Origin: Carcharhinus longimanus
Lineage: Eukaryota
DNA length: 64,000 nt
NCBI GenBank assembly: GCA_030264375.1
Contig: JASCQW010000105.1
Span: 28,977,187 to 29,041,186, forward strand
Direction: 5' to 3'
Positions 12,310 through 24,979 of the stretch are shown here, in pieces. A program made the translations under genes and the position numbers. A model generated the notes under the pieces. The model saw only the letters and a list, made by a program, of their open reading frames with translations, was not told the DNA's origin and did not search any database. Numbering within the stretch: position 1 is the first letter of the stretch; each line of letters begins with the position of its first letter.

Positions 12310-12545
12310 CACAGGTGGCACAGTTAGTACTGCTGCCTCTCAGCGCCATGGACCTGGGTTCGATTCCTGGTTTGGGTCACATGTCCGTGTGGGTTTCCTC
12401 TAGGTGCTCCAGTTTCCTCCCACAGTCCAAAAGGTGGGTTCAGTTGATCGGCCATGCTAAATTAACACTGATTTCCCGGGGGGGGGTGTTGGTGTTGTTG
12501 TCAGTGCATGCTTGATGGGCCTCCTTCTGCGCTATAGGCATTTTA
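12310..12545 (+). mobile_element. HE1-like SINE
   Basis: GGTGGCACAGTTAGTACTGCTGCC...GGTTCGATTCC...GGGTTTCCTCTAGGTGCTCCAGTTTCCTCCCACAGTCC. Confidence 0.8.
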
Positions 12546-12639
12546 TGAACTCTCCACCACCTTCGAGGACATTTAAGGACGAACAATAAATGTGGCCATG
12601 CCAGCAATGACCGTATCACATGTAGGAATTGTGGAAAAT

Positions 12640-13700
12640 GGCAGATAGCTGGAACATGCTCCTTGCATCAAAAGAATCGATGCTCGCTCAGAAATTAAAG
12701 TTGATTTTCCAGGAAGTAAGGGTATTTCATAACAATAGAAATGACTGATAAGGAAGTAATGGACAGATTGATAACACTGAAGGAGGATAAGGCTGTAAGA
12801 CCGGATGATCTATACAAAAAAAAGTACCAAAGGAAATAGCGTAGGAATTAGTCAACCTGACAGAGACTTCTGATAAAATGTCAGAATTAGAAGTNNNNNN
12901 NNNNNNNNNNNNNNNNNNNNNNNNNNNNNNNNNNNNNNNNNNNNNNNNNNNNNNTGAAGTCACAAATGCAATTCTTCTCGGTTTATGGAGATGTGGCATA
13001 AAGACAGGAGAGCTCACACTGAACAAACCTGTTATAATTCATTCACACAGTACTGAAGCTTATGGATAAAGTAATCTTAAACATCATTTACCTGGATGAC
13101 AGCACATTTTAGATACAACACTTCTATTGTTTGATTGGTCTTTAAAACACAGAAGTGCAAAGAATAGGTGGGCAGCACATGACTAGTGGATATGTCAGTG
13201 TGTGAACTTTAACTGTTCCCTTTGTCTATTAAATGGGCAAGAAGACAAAATTTGCTGGGAAGAGCTCACGAGACGCAAATAAACTGACAGGTTGGGTTTA
13301 GAAATAGCAAGTGCCATACCGAATGGGACATGAGGAGGCAAGAGATGAAGGACTGGAAGTGCAAACCAAGTGATTTATTGTACAGGATACGACACAGGAA
13401 AAAAGCATTCATGGGAGTTTAACAGGTTACTGAAACCAGTTAGAGTTCTCAGGAGCAAGAGCAGCAAATAATGCAAAATAGAATCTTGGGGCGTAGGGCA
13501 TAAATCACAGGGTGTGAACCAGGAGTTTAAGAAATATCATTACTTCATTGTTATTTGCCATGTTCTGTTCAGCATGTTATAGGGTGAAAATCATATAATT
13601 AGGAAAGAAGCAAAGGATTACCAAACTGATAAATGGCAAACGGCAGCTTTTCTCATACCAATACTGAAGTCATACATATGGAAAGCATGGAAAAGTGAAG
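12640..13700 (+). mobile_element. Decayed CR1-like LINE fragments
   Basis: Degenerate CR1 ORF2-like stretches (GGAAAATGGCAGAT.., AAGGAAATAGCGTAGG..AGTC, AAATGGGCAAG..); many indels. Confidence 0.45.
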
Positions 13701-14002
13701 TGAGGTGTATGCTGGTTCCACACAACATTGACCATTCCCTCTGTGCAATTGCATGTAAATATTTCTTTTGATATTACCATTTGAAGTGCTATTAAGTTAT
13801 AGAAAATATTTAATCATAAATTATGAAATATTTGTTGTCCATCAAATGTATTCATTCTTAACTCAAGGGTTATAGTGAGTGAGTGAACATGTCCAATTTC
13901 AACGTTGCAGTCCATTGAGATGAAGAAAGTCCACTTAGGTGGCCCATTCTCTTGTCTAGATTGCCCATCTTTGATGTATATATTGGACCTTTATAGTACA
14001 GG

Positions 14003-14637
14003 TGTTAGGAAACCAAAATAGCTTTAAGAGAGTCATATTTGTATGGGTAAACATTAAAAATAAGGTATAGTTTCAGGTAGGTTTAATTTAATGTTTCTAT
14101 GCCTGGAAAGACTGATCGTTATATTCTTGCTGGACAAAAGTTGCTTGTATGTGTGGGGGGGTTGGCTAAGTTCCAACTGTGATAGAGCATCAAGTATAAA
14201 TGTAGTTGCTTAGCGACTAGACGCATGGTAAGAAAAAATAAGTTTTTTTTGTTCTTTAGTTTTAACTGAAAGCTGGAGCTTGACAGACAGCTGAAAAGGG
14301 AGTTTTCCTCTCAACTTTGGTATTGGGAAAGCCATACAAAGGAGTAATGTTTAGAAAGCTGGTGGCAGAAATCTGGCTTAGTTAAGGAAGCAAGAAAAAT
14401 GAAGAGGAGTGTTCAGAGATCTAAATTTAAAGGTACAAGAGGAACCAGGAGCAAGGAAGTAAGGGTATCGTAGTATGACCCATTTCTCCCCCCATGGTTT
14501 AATAAGAGTTTCTTTCTTGTTAATTAGCGATCCTGTGACTCTGTTCCTCCGTGTTTCATCACAAAAGAAGGTAAAAATGATCATCTTTGGGAGCTGGATC
14601 TTCCTGCCCAGTTACAAGACCAACTTGGATCACAACA
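14003..14637. mobile_element. Probable solo LTR
   Basis: Starts TGTTAGGA and ends TCACAACA (TG...CA with imperfect terminal inverted repeat); flanked by CAGG / CTGG, a near 4-bp TSD; no ORF. Confidence 0.5.
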
Positions 14638-16559
14638 CTGGCTGGCTACTAATGCTGACTTTGCCAACGATACCCACATCCCAGGAAATAATAAAAAGAA
14701 TCTTATATTACTGATATCTCAATTGTATAATGCAAAATATTTTATACTTGATAATGCAACCTCCAAACTTACAGTCTTCCACTTTGCACATCACCAGGGG
14801 TTCTAAGTATAATGTCAATGTCTGTGAACACTTAACCAGAAATCCAACAAGTGGGTCTGTAAGATGCAAGTACATCAATATCACTTGAAATGTTTAGGGA
14901 TGCAGTTTTAAATGCTGCAAATACAGAACATTTCCTATCCAGCTGTCTCTTGCTGAAAAATGATTTGAAATAGAAAAGCCCAATGAAATTACCAGTGAGT
15001 TTATAAATTAAAAAAAACTGAAAAAAATCAAGTCAAGCATTTGCATGAAATCGACAATCAGAGAAAAGCCACATTTTTTTTGTGAGCATATCCACAAAAG
15101 TATGCATCTCTAGTTGTAGGATAGTTGAAAGGTGCTTGCTCAGTTTTCAATGCCAGTCCATCAATCAAAAATGGCAGGAGTCATCCAAGAAACACTGTCA
15201 AATGTGTTTCTGGATTCGAAGCCAAGTCTTGTCATCTGACTGAGTTGGAGATTTTTTAAAAAACTGTGTCCTGACAAACAATAACAGCACCTTTAACACA
15301 GAAATCGCTCAAACATACTTACCAGCATAAGAGGGGGAAAAAAGAGCCAACAGAAAGGTTAAAAAAAGGCACAGAAAATTCAAGCAGTCTGTTAAATTAG
15401 ACCTCCAATGAGAATGTAATCAGCATCAATGCAATCACCAGTTACAGATTAGGAGACAGAGACAGATTAGGAACAAACTATTCTGAAACTTTTATTTAGG
15501 CACAGTAAAATTGACTGCAAATGGACAACATCAAGAGCATGTTGACATTTAAGAATCCATTGTACAAGCACTGAAGGAAAGAGACATGGCGAATGCATAG
15601 AATTTCTGTTTCTACTCGTGTGAAATATAATTGTAACGTGGACAGGCTGGGCCTAAAAGCCTGCTTGTGTTATAATTTCTAAACAATTCCACAACATACA
15701 TTACTGGCTGAAGAATATTCCCTTTTTCTCTGCCCCAATGATGCTGTCTCACGACATGAAATCCTTAACCCTCTCTCCCACCTGTTTAAAATGCAACAAT
15801 GCTATTATTCATGAATAATATATTACTACAAGAGTGCTCTTGTTACCGTCATTTTAACCCATCGCTATACTATTCTCCCCATAAACGGCAAGACATGTCT
15901 TAACTATTTAAATAACATGCTGTGCTACAGACAAAAAATATCCTCAGGATTCTCTAGTCACGTTCTGAGCTGTGCTGTTGGGGGAAGTAAACTTATTTCT
16001 CCACATCAAAGTTTGGAGGCAATAAAAGGAGAAAAAGAAACTACAAATGCCTCCGATTTGCGAGCTAAAAATCATCATCAGTAAAGTAACTAAATCAAAT
16101 TAACCATCAAGATGTGCAATGCTTTGAGGGCGAGCAGTTGCTATTTATGTCACTTAAAAACAGCAACAAGCATGAAAAATGCAATTGAGTTCACAGTAAA
16201 AGTTCAAGTACTTTTACTAGATCTCAAAAGTTGAATATATCCATCATGTACATTTTTGCAAGGAAATCTAGATTGAAATTAAGCATGGAAGACATTTGAA
16301 AAACTCAGGTTTTAAGTCAATCACACAATTCAGAATGCATAAAATATTCAAGTGCACAACTCATCTGAATGGAGACCTTTTACTTCACACAGGATCACGA
16401 TTTCATTGCCATGCATTTTAGCAAATCATCAATGGGTTAATTAAGTTTTAATACAAAGTACATGTGAACCCTTTTCATTTCCTGGCAGTCAATTAAACTC
16501 CTAAGATTTGGCGGTTTTTTAAAAAGAGGAATATCCAACTCCACAGGAAGAAAGCACTA

Positions 16560-16790
16560 AATCCCCTAGGCATCACACTCTGGTGTCTGTTCGGGTACAC
16601 CAAAGGAAAATTTAGCATGGCCAATGCACCTAAACAGCATATCTTTCAGACTGTGGGAGGAAACTGGAGCACCTGGAGGAAATCCATGCAGATATGGGGA
16701 GAAGTTCCAGACTCCGTACAGACAGTGACTGAAGCAGGGAATCAAACCCAGGTCCCTGGCACTGAGACATTAGTACTAACCATCGTGCAG
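16560..16790 (-). mobile_element. HE1-like SINE
   Basis: TTTAGCATGGCCAATGCACCTAA...GACTGTGGGAGGAAACTGGAGCACCTGGAGGAAATCC...GGAATCAAACCCAGGTCCCTGGC. Confidence 0.75.
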
Positions 16791-17647
16791 TCTACCACTG
16801 TCAGAGAGGACTGTCTGTGAAGGGACATACCAATGGTGGAGCAGACAAAGTCTGGGACAATTAAGCTCTGGCAGAAGTCAGTGAAACTTGTCTGAGGAAA
16901 GGCACAACGAGTGCACAAGGTGTGTCACAGGCTGAGAGTTATGAAATAATCCAAATTTGTGGGGCAGGGAGGCAGTACTGTCCTGAACAATAAATGGCAA
17001 GGCCCTCTCGATTTGATCTTGTTTGCATGACAATTGGGGCCTTGATTGATGGATTAGAGCATTACAAGATTGTAATATAATCTATGGATGTATCTTATTT
17101 AGCTCAAATCTAGGGATATACTTTGAAATTGGTACCACTATTTGAACAAAAGTGTGGGCTGCTTAATGGAGACCAATTCTTCCTGCAAAGAACACAAAAC
17201 AAGTTAAAAAGAAAATATTTGAGTCATGCCTATGAGTCATTATGAACAGAAGGGTGAACTGAGATTAAGCTCTAATAAAAGGGCATTACAATTCTAAGAA
17301 GGCTTAAAACAGGCAGCACCCCTAAATCTCAGGTTCACTTTATCTTGTGCCTGAAAGTATATTCAAAAATCTGGGCAGGCCCTTTACAATTTTTAGAAAT
17401 ACGTCATGATCTTATTGAATCCCTCTCAGAAGCAATTAATTGTTACAACCATGTGATAGAAGGCATAAGCAAGGAAAAAATAAGAGCCAAATGGCAAGGA
17501 ACAACATGGAAGCATTGTTCTTTTAAAAAAAAGAGTCAGGGCAAATGAAAATAAATAATGGGGGAGGGTAAAGATTGAAGGTCTGAACAAAGAGTTAGAG
17601 CTGACAAGGAGACAGGAGATAGAAGCTAAGGAGTTGAGAGGCAAGAC

Positions 17648-18047
17648 TAGTAGTAAGAAACCTGCAGCCCATGTGCGGTTTGTGCAGCCCACGAGTCATT
17701 TTGTTGACTTACTCACACACAGGGTTCCATATTCTACTGACTTCTGAGCACGTCGTTTTGTGACTGAAGTGAAAAGCAAGCGAGGTGTATGCAGACTGCA
17801 CACAACACTGTCAGAGAGCTCTGCACTGCCCTGTAAAGATTTGTGTTGCTTTTATCCATTTCAAAGTTGACAGCTCTAATAATATATAAATGATTAAACA
17901 TTTTGTGACTGGTTATGAAATACTTGGCACAATATAAATTTGTTTATTATTAATGGGGTCATGGTTTCTCATTTCAATCTTGCAGCCCACCATGATGGAG
18001 AGGAACTACTCTTGCAGCTTGCTCACTAGTCAAGGTTGCCCACCACT
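17648..18047. mobile_element. hAT (Charlie-type) non-autonomous DNA transposon / MITE
   Basis: Right end AGGTTGCCCACCACTG followed by CTAGAC (Charlie-like target site); degenerate left end with repeated TGCAGCCC subterminal motifs at both ends. Confidence 0.55.
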
Positions 18048-19324
18048 GCTAGACAGCTGAAGGTGCCACACCGCATGGGGAGAAAGGATGAGGGAATGTG
18101 GAAGAGAGCAGAGTTGGTGGAACACAAAGCTCCTGTGGAGTTGCACAGTAAATTACAAATGGAACAAAGCTTTGGAGGTATTTCAATACAAGAACAGATA
18201 AAGCAGCGGTTAGTCAGGGGCAGAAGTGGAGATTGCTTCATCTTAGCATCACCTATCAGGATTTTAATGCACAAAGTACTGATTGGAGCCTCAATTTGGT
18301 TATTATAATCGATGGAAATTGCCATTGATATTTTTGTATGTACACCATAAAATTGGATTCTCATTTAATAACATCCAGGAGACAGGCTTTGGAAAGCACG
18401 ATGCAAAAGGGATTTTCTGACTTAAACACAGCTTAGTTAGCTTGGAACAGGTCAGCAATTATGTCATTGCAAAAGATGAGCAGGAAGTGTGCACACTGAT
18501 AATTTTAACTTGTTCTACCATCAGTTTCAATGCACAGCAAATAGAACACTTCTGCTATCGGATGTGCTGTGTCAGAAACATTTCCACCACTGAAGCAAAA
18601 CTACTAAACAGGGCACATACTCAGAGGAAGTTATCCTCTAAAGGCAGACCAGTTTCGTTTATTATTCAAATGTATTATCTTAGTCTCTTTCCAGGAAAAG
18701 AGTATTCTTTAAAATCAGGCTAGGAATGCTGTGGCAATAACTCACCTCCTGACCCCTGATGTATTAATTTTGGTCTTAATCAACATTGCAGCCAAATTGC
18801 ATTTATGCAGGCAACAAGTTTTGAAAAGCAAATTCCAAATTAGGAACTAGATATCTGAAGAATGATTATCACTTGTGCGGATTAGTTCTAGTTAGTACTG
18901 ATGGATGGGTGGGAAGGGAAAGTAGGAGAAAGCAGAGATACTCAGTGAAACTATTATTTATCTTTCAAAACATTTGAAGTACTTAAAAATTTTAAAAAGA
19001 TCTTGGGAGCAAAAAGTAGCTGAACATCTGATCATACATCAGATCCAGTAGGATAATTGAATGCTCACCAGACTTTTTTTTTAATATATCAGTAGTGATA
19101 ATCCAGTAAATTACATTGTAAATTACACCATGTGCCACTTGAGGGGCAGAAATTATTAGCATCAATCTCCCAGAGATTATAAAAGGGACAATCAAAATGT
19201 TGACAAGTCTAAATAAATACAAATATCCAAACAACAAGAAAAATACAAAAGAGGGTACATTACCAGTAAAAGTTAAGTAAAGGAAAGGAAGTGTGTTACC
19301 CAGTTAAACCAAATGATATTGATT

Positions 19325-19830
19325 TTAAAATTCTTTCACGGGACATGGGTGTCACTGACAAGGCCAGCAATTTTATAGCCCATCCTGAATTGCCCTCAAG
19401 AAGGTCGTAATGAGCCGCTGCCTTGACCTGCTGCAGCCCATTTGGTGTAGGTACACCGCCAGTGTTGTTAGGGAGGGAGTTCCAGGATTTTGACCCAGGA
19501 ACAGTGAGGGAATGACAACAGATTTCCAGGTCAGGATGATGTGTGGATTGGAAGAACACTCTTGCAGGTGGTGATGTTTCCATGTACTTGTTGCCTCGTC
19601 CTTCTCAGTTGTAGAGGTTGTGGGTTCGGAAGGTACTCAAGATCCTGGTGAATTGCTGCAATGCACCTTGAAAGCTGGTACACGCTGCTGATCTGCGTAT
19701 CAGTGGTGGATGGGGTACCAATCAAGTGGGCTGCTTTTCCTAGATGGTGTGGAGCTTCTTGAGTGTTGTTGGAGCTGCACTGATCCAGGCAAAGGGAGAG
19801 TATGCCATCCCACTCCTTCCAGTCTGCTGT
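19325..19830 (-). mobile_element. LINE 3' end/UTR of a CR1/L2-group family with DeuSINE-like tail
   Basis: GGGAGGGAGTTCCAGGATTTTGACCCAG..GTCAGGATG..GCAGGTGGTG..TTCTTGAGTGTTGTTGGAGCTGCAC; homologous plus-strand copy at 46340-46980. Confidence 0.6.
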
Positions 19831-19949
19831 GCTTTCATTATCATAGCTTATCAAATTCCATGTCCTGATCTCACCTTTCCTTCACCCCCTCCACTGCCTG
19901 CCGCCACCCCCCCCCAACCATCCTGCATATTCCTTGATTACTTTAGCGC

Positions 19950-20345
19950 CTCGAGCTAGATGTAATTCCTTTTTGAGATCACACAACTACTTTGTGGTAG
20001 TGAATTCCACACATTCACCACCCTTCGAGTGAAGAGATTTCTCTTCACCTCAGTCGTAAAAGGTTTATCCCTCGTTCGCAAACTCTGATCCCTAGTACTG
20101 GACTCCCTTATCATTGAGAATGTTCTTTCTGAATCTATCCTTCCTAACCCTGTTAGAATTTTCTAAGTTTCTATGAAATTCCCTTTCAATCTTCTAAACT
20201 CCAATGGATATAATCCTAAATGACTTTGTCTCTCCTCATATGACAGACCTGCCATCTCAGGAATCAGCCTGGTAAACTTTTGCTGCACTTCCTCTATAGC
20301 AAGAGCATCCTTCCTCGGATAAGGACACCAAACTGCACAGAATAC
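19950..20345 (-). mobile_element. CR1 (HER1-like) LINE ORF2 C-terminal fragment
   Basis: CAVWCPYPRKDALAIEEVQQKFTRLIPEMAGLSYEERQSHLGLYPLEFRRLKGNFIET, a classic CR1 ORF2 end. Confidence 0.88.
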
Positions 20346-21259
20346 TTTGATTTGATTTATTATTTTCACATGTATCAGTGTACAGCATTGTTTGTGTGCT
20401 ACACAGGCAAATATTGTGCAATCAGCTCATCAGCAAACATCCCCACTTCTGACCTCATGATGTTTCACTGATGAAGCAGCTGAACATGGTTGGGCTTAGG
20501 ACACTACAAATAGACTAGATAGCCAGTAGAGTATATTAAAAACCCAGGACCTTGGAGGATTTATCTGCACTTGTGCCTCACTACTTGCAAATGAATCTGC
20601 TTGCCTAAGTGTATGAATCATAGTTGTATTATTGCAGGAAGATTTCAATGGAAATGTCAAACATGTGTTGGCTGAGGCAATTCAAACAATGACAAATGCA
20701 TTGCAGGAAATCCTCATGACTGCAAAAGATGAACAGATAACCACAACTGAAAATGAAAAATCTTCCTTCAAAGTTGGATACATTACACAAATGTTACTAA
20801 AATATTCCAAAGAGCTATTGTACATGGACACACTGGATATCAAAATTTTCATTCAGTGGAGGACAAGAACTGACCAAAGGTTTACACAACGGTACGTTAT
20901 TGTTCATGGCCACTAGAGGGAGCTCAATTTATACCTTGTAGCTGAACAATATTGGTGCAAAAGCCACTGATGCAGCAGACTCCAATATTCCATTACTGCT
21001 AAATAATTGACTAAGCTGTACCTAAACACTGGAGTGCACTAGTTCTGCCTGCAATGTTTCATTTCGTTATCAACTTTCATAGCTTAAATTTAACATTACC
21101 CACTCAGCACAATCCTGGTGCATTCCACTTTATGTGCAAGCACATTGGCCTCTGCTCAACGTATAACAATTTACGTCTTCTGTAGCATCTCAAACATAGT
21201 AAAGCATTCAAAGGCAATTCACTGTAATGACCGTCAAATAAAAATGTGATACAACCACA

Positions 21260-21515
21260 TACTGCTGCCTCTCAGCACCAGGGACGAGGGTTTGATTCCT
21301 GGCTTGGGTCACTATCTGTATGGGGTTTGCATGTTCTCCCTGTGTCTGTATGGGTTTCCTCTGGGTGCTCCAGTTTCCTCCCAGGGTCTGAAAGTCATGC
21401 TGGTTAGGTGCATTGACCTGAACAGGCGTTGGACTGTGGCAACTAGGGGAATTTCACAGTAACTTCATTGCAGCACTAATGTAAGCCTTACTTGTGACTA
21501 ATAAACAAGCTTTAA
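21260..21515 (+). mobile_element. HE1-related SINE with a different 3' tail
   Basis: ACTGCTGCCTCTCAGCACCAGGGAC..GGTTTGATTCC..GGGTTTCCTCTGGGTGCTCC core, tail GTAAGCCTTACTTGTGACTAATAAA. Confidence 0.75.
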
Positions 21516-21680
21516 ACATAGAAACATAGAACATTACAGCACAGTAGAGGCCCTTCGGCACTCAACGTTGTGCCGAGCTATGTCCAATTCCAAGATCAAG
21601 CCATCCCCTCCCTATAATTCTGGAGTGCTCCACGTGCCTATTCAATAACCGCTTGAAAGTTCCTAAAGCGTCTGACTTGA
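21516..21680 (-). mobile_element. CR1 3' terminus
   Basis: ACATAGAAACATAGAACATTACAGCACAGTAGAGGCCCTTCGGC is the reverse complement of the CR1 tail with (TTCTATG)n repeats. Confidence 0.7.
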
Positions 21681-21699
21681 CTTTAACTTTAACTTTTAA

Positions 21700-22430
21700 C
21701 ATTAAGGAGATACTAGGAGGTGAAGTAGTTCTGAGTATGTTAAAAGGAGAAGAGATTAAGAGTCAGAGTGGTTTTTTTCAAATAAGCATTTATGTAGTCC
21801 TTATAATGAAATATAAATTGCCAGGACATTTCACAGAATTAAGACAAAATTTAACATCAAGAAATATACGGAGATATTAGAAGACTAAAAGCTTCGTCAA
21901 AAATAGTTGTTGTTATGAAGCATCTTCTTATAGAAGAGGAAAGCAAGGCACAGAGGATTAGGGAGGAAATCGTAGAGATTGAGGTCCAAGCAGCTCAAGA
22001 TGCAGTTACCAATGGTGGTGCAAATAAGAATGAAAACGCTCATGAGGCGAGAATTAAAAGAATGCAGATATCGGAGAGTTTGAGCTTGGAGGAGGTTACA
22101 GTGGTAGGGAGGAACAAGGCCGTGGAGGGTTTTGAAAACAAGGATTAGATTATTAAAAATCACTAGGTTGCTTCACCAGACAGCACAGAGATTCTGGGTG
22201 AACAGGAGCTGAGACACCAGCAGCAGAATTTTGGATGGCTTCAGGTTGACTGAGGGTATATTGTGTGGGACTGGTTAGCCGTCGAGATAACAACAGATTA
22301 GCTGAGTGTTTCAGCAAATGAGTTAAGACCCAAGTAGAGTGGTGATGCTGGATGGGGAAATAGGCAATGAAGTGGATATGTGGTTGGAAACTCATCTTGT
22401 GATTAACTATGACACCAAGGCCATACTTGA
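21700..22430 (-). mobile_element. L2-like LINE 3' fragment
   Basis: IFNNLILVFKTLHGLVPPYHCNLLQ and IQNSAA motifs of the L2 ORF2 end. Confidence 0.7.
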
Positions 22431-22469
22431 CTATCCAAAGCAATCCTGGATGGTCTCCCATGTTCCACC

Positions 22470-22930
22470 TTAGATGAGATCATCTAAGACTTTGCTGCCC
22501 ATGTCCTGACCAAGTCCCATCAGTCTCTGTTCATTGACCTATGTTGGCTCCAGGTCAAGCAACGTCTTAAATTTAAAATTTTCATCCTTATTTTGAAATT
22601 CCTCCAAGGCTTCACTTCTCATCTCCAATTTCTTTTGGACCCACGTGCTTTAGAGTTTCTGCATTCCGATTTTAGCCTCTTGAACATCTCCAATTTTAAA
22701 TAACTGCATCACCGGTGGTCATGGCACGAGCTGCCCAAACTCTAACCTCTGAAATTCCATCCTTAAATTTTTCTGCCTCCTTTCAGGTAATTTCTTAAAA
22801 CTTACCTCTTATACAAGCTTTTGATCAACTGCCCTACTATACCTCTCAACTAGCTTGCGTCAAATTTTGTTTGCAAACGTTGTGAAGTGCCTTGGGATGT
22901 CTTACTATGTTACAGACTCTACCTAATTAC
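22470..22930 (+). mobile_element. L2-like LINE 3' end
   Basis: TTTAAAATTTTCATCCTTATTTTGAAATTCCTCCAAGGC and tail GTGAAGTGCCTTGGGATGTCTTACTATGTT. Confidence 0.7.
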
Positions 22931-24979
22931 AACTTTAGCTTCAAAATTGAGTCTGCAGTTAACATGCCTCAGATGGGAGAGTGATGGGGAACTATAATGG
23001 GCCTCAATGTTCCAGAAAAGAGACAGGTAAGGAAGGAAACATGGTTTCCTGTTTACAATTGCCAGTGAGTTCCATTGGCAATGTGCACGTGTGGACAGTG
23101 AGATGCTCCTACGTTAGAAAAATACTTGTGGTGTACCCTTAGGGTGAGATAAAAATGAGCAAGAAGCCCACAGCTTGAAAGCTGATATGCAGAAACAACT
23201 GGCAAGAGTTAAAAAAATTGGCATTTGATTAACCAAAAAGGAAAATGCCACTAAATTTGCAAATAGTTTCTTCCCCTTCCCCCTCAATTACAATCAAGTT
23301 CGAGCTTAGCCTCTTGTTGGAAGGCAATATTTATGGGCAGAAAAACATGCTGATCTCTATCAAGGTGATCAGATCAGATCAGATGTTTCCTCAGGAGGCA
23401 AATATGAAACACACAACTATTCAATTGAGTTAATCAAANNNNNNNNNNNNNNNNNNNNNNNNNNNNNNNNNAATAATCTGAGAAATTGCTAAAACATAAA
23501 CTGCACATTGGTAAAGCAGTTGAATTAAGATACATGCAAAAAATAAAACATAGCAGATGCTGGAAATAGTACTGTGCAAGTTTGACCATGATTAAATCTC
23601 AATGTATTCAGTTTATTGCGTCTGCACAGCGTCTGTCAGGTAAATTGACCTTCAGGTTTAACCATAGCTACAAACGGATCTCAATGACAGAGCTGAGCTC
23701 AAACAAACCACAATCATTTCATTCTTACCAGCATTTGGCAAAAATCATGCTCGGGGCTTTTACAATTGCCTCGACATTTTCAAGATCCCAAGCAAACAAA
23801 ATAAAACTGTAAATTAATCTGATCAATGGAAACAGATGCTGGCCTGCAGGCCAATCCAAATGGTGAACACAAGCTGTTCTATCTTGGATTACTGAAAGTG
23901 ATACGAATTTGCAATTTTACCACAGGATATTTGGTTTAATACCACAGAATGTTGAAATTTCAATATTCAATTTCATGGAATTTCAATCACATCATCAATA
24001 TCTCAGACTCAACAGACTGGAGTCCAACGCATTTACAAACTGAGTAACAGTTAGAAACAGTCAAACACTAAAAAGGGGAAAGAAAAACGGAATTTAGATT
24101 TCACCAATGTTTGAATCCAAGTACTTGACCAACAACAAAGTCTGAATCGCAATCTCAGTTAGCTTTTATACAGCTGCCCATTAGCCTGTTGTAGACTGGT
24201 TCAATTTGGCTATCAGATCCTTTCTTGACAACTCAAGCACATTTCCTGCTGGGTTAGACAAAAAAGCAGGAAAGCAGACCTCTGTGGCGAAATCTACAGC
24301 TGAACAGTCTGCTTAAACAGCAGTACTTATTAATAGCAATGTGAGATAGAAAAGAAACTTCAAAAAGCGACGCTGTATGATTTTCCAAAACTAAGTAACA
24401 AGTATTTTGAGACAGTATTACAATCAGCTGTGAGCTCTGGCATTGGAATGTTGTTTTTGGATCTGCACAATCATCCCTTGGAGACTAGCATGAACTGGTT
24501 AAAGGATTCACAGACTTATTAGCTCCAAAGTGAATGTCCTTTTGAGACTGCAACCAGTCGCTCACTCAGTTAGTCCATCACGATCCCAGGTCTTAATAGT
24601 TCCCACAACCTATGCAATGGAGGGGGGTCCACCCACACCACGCAAGTATCCTGCAGGCTGCTAATATCAGAGCAGGAAGCACCCATCTCCACTTAGCATG
24701 ACTAACAGCAGTAGGGTCAAAAGGCCTTCAGCATCCTCTTGGCTGCAGGAACGCCCTCACTTTAAACCAAAGGCTTACTCCAAGACATAATAAAAAAACA
24801 AATTAACTTTAGCGTAACCCAACAGAAACTACAGATCGACAATGTAATTATTGCTCAATATCATTTTATTGGTACCAAAATCAACAACATTCCATGTATC
24901 ATCTCATGTTTTCAGCAAGTTTATCCAGTAAGATTTGAGGTTTAATCCTATGTCTGTGTAGGTTCATGCCTTTCTCCTC

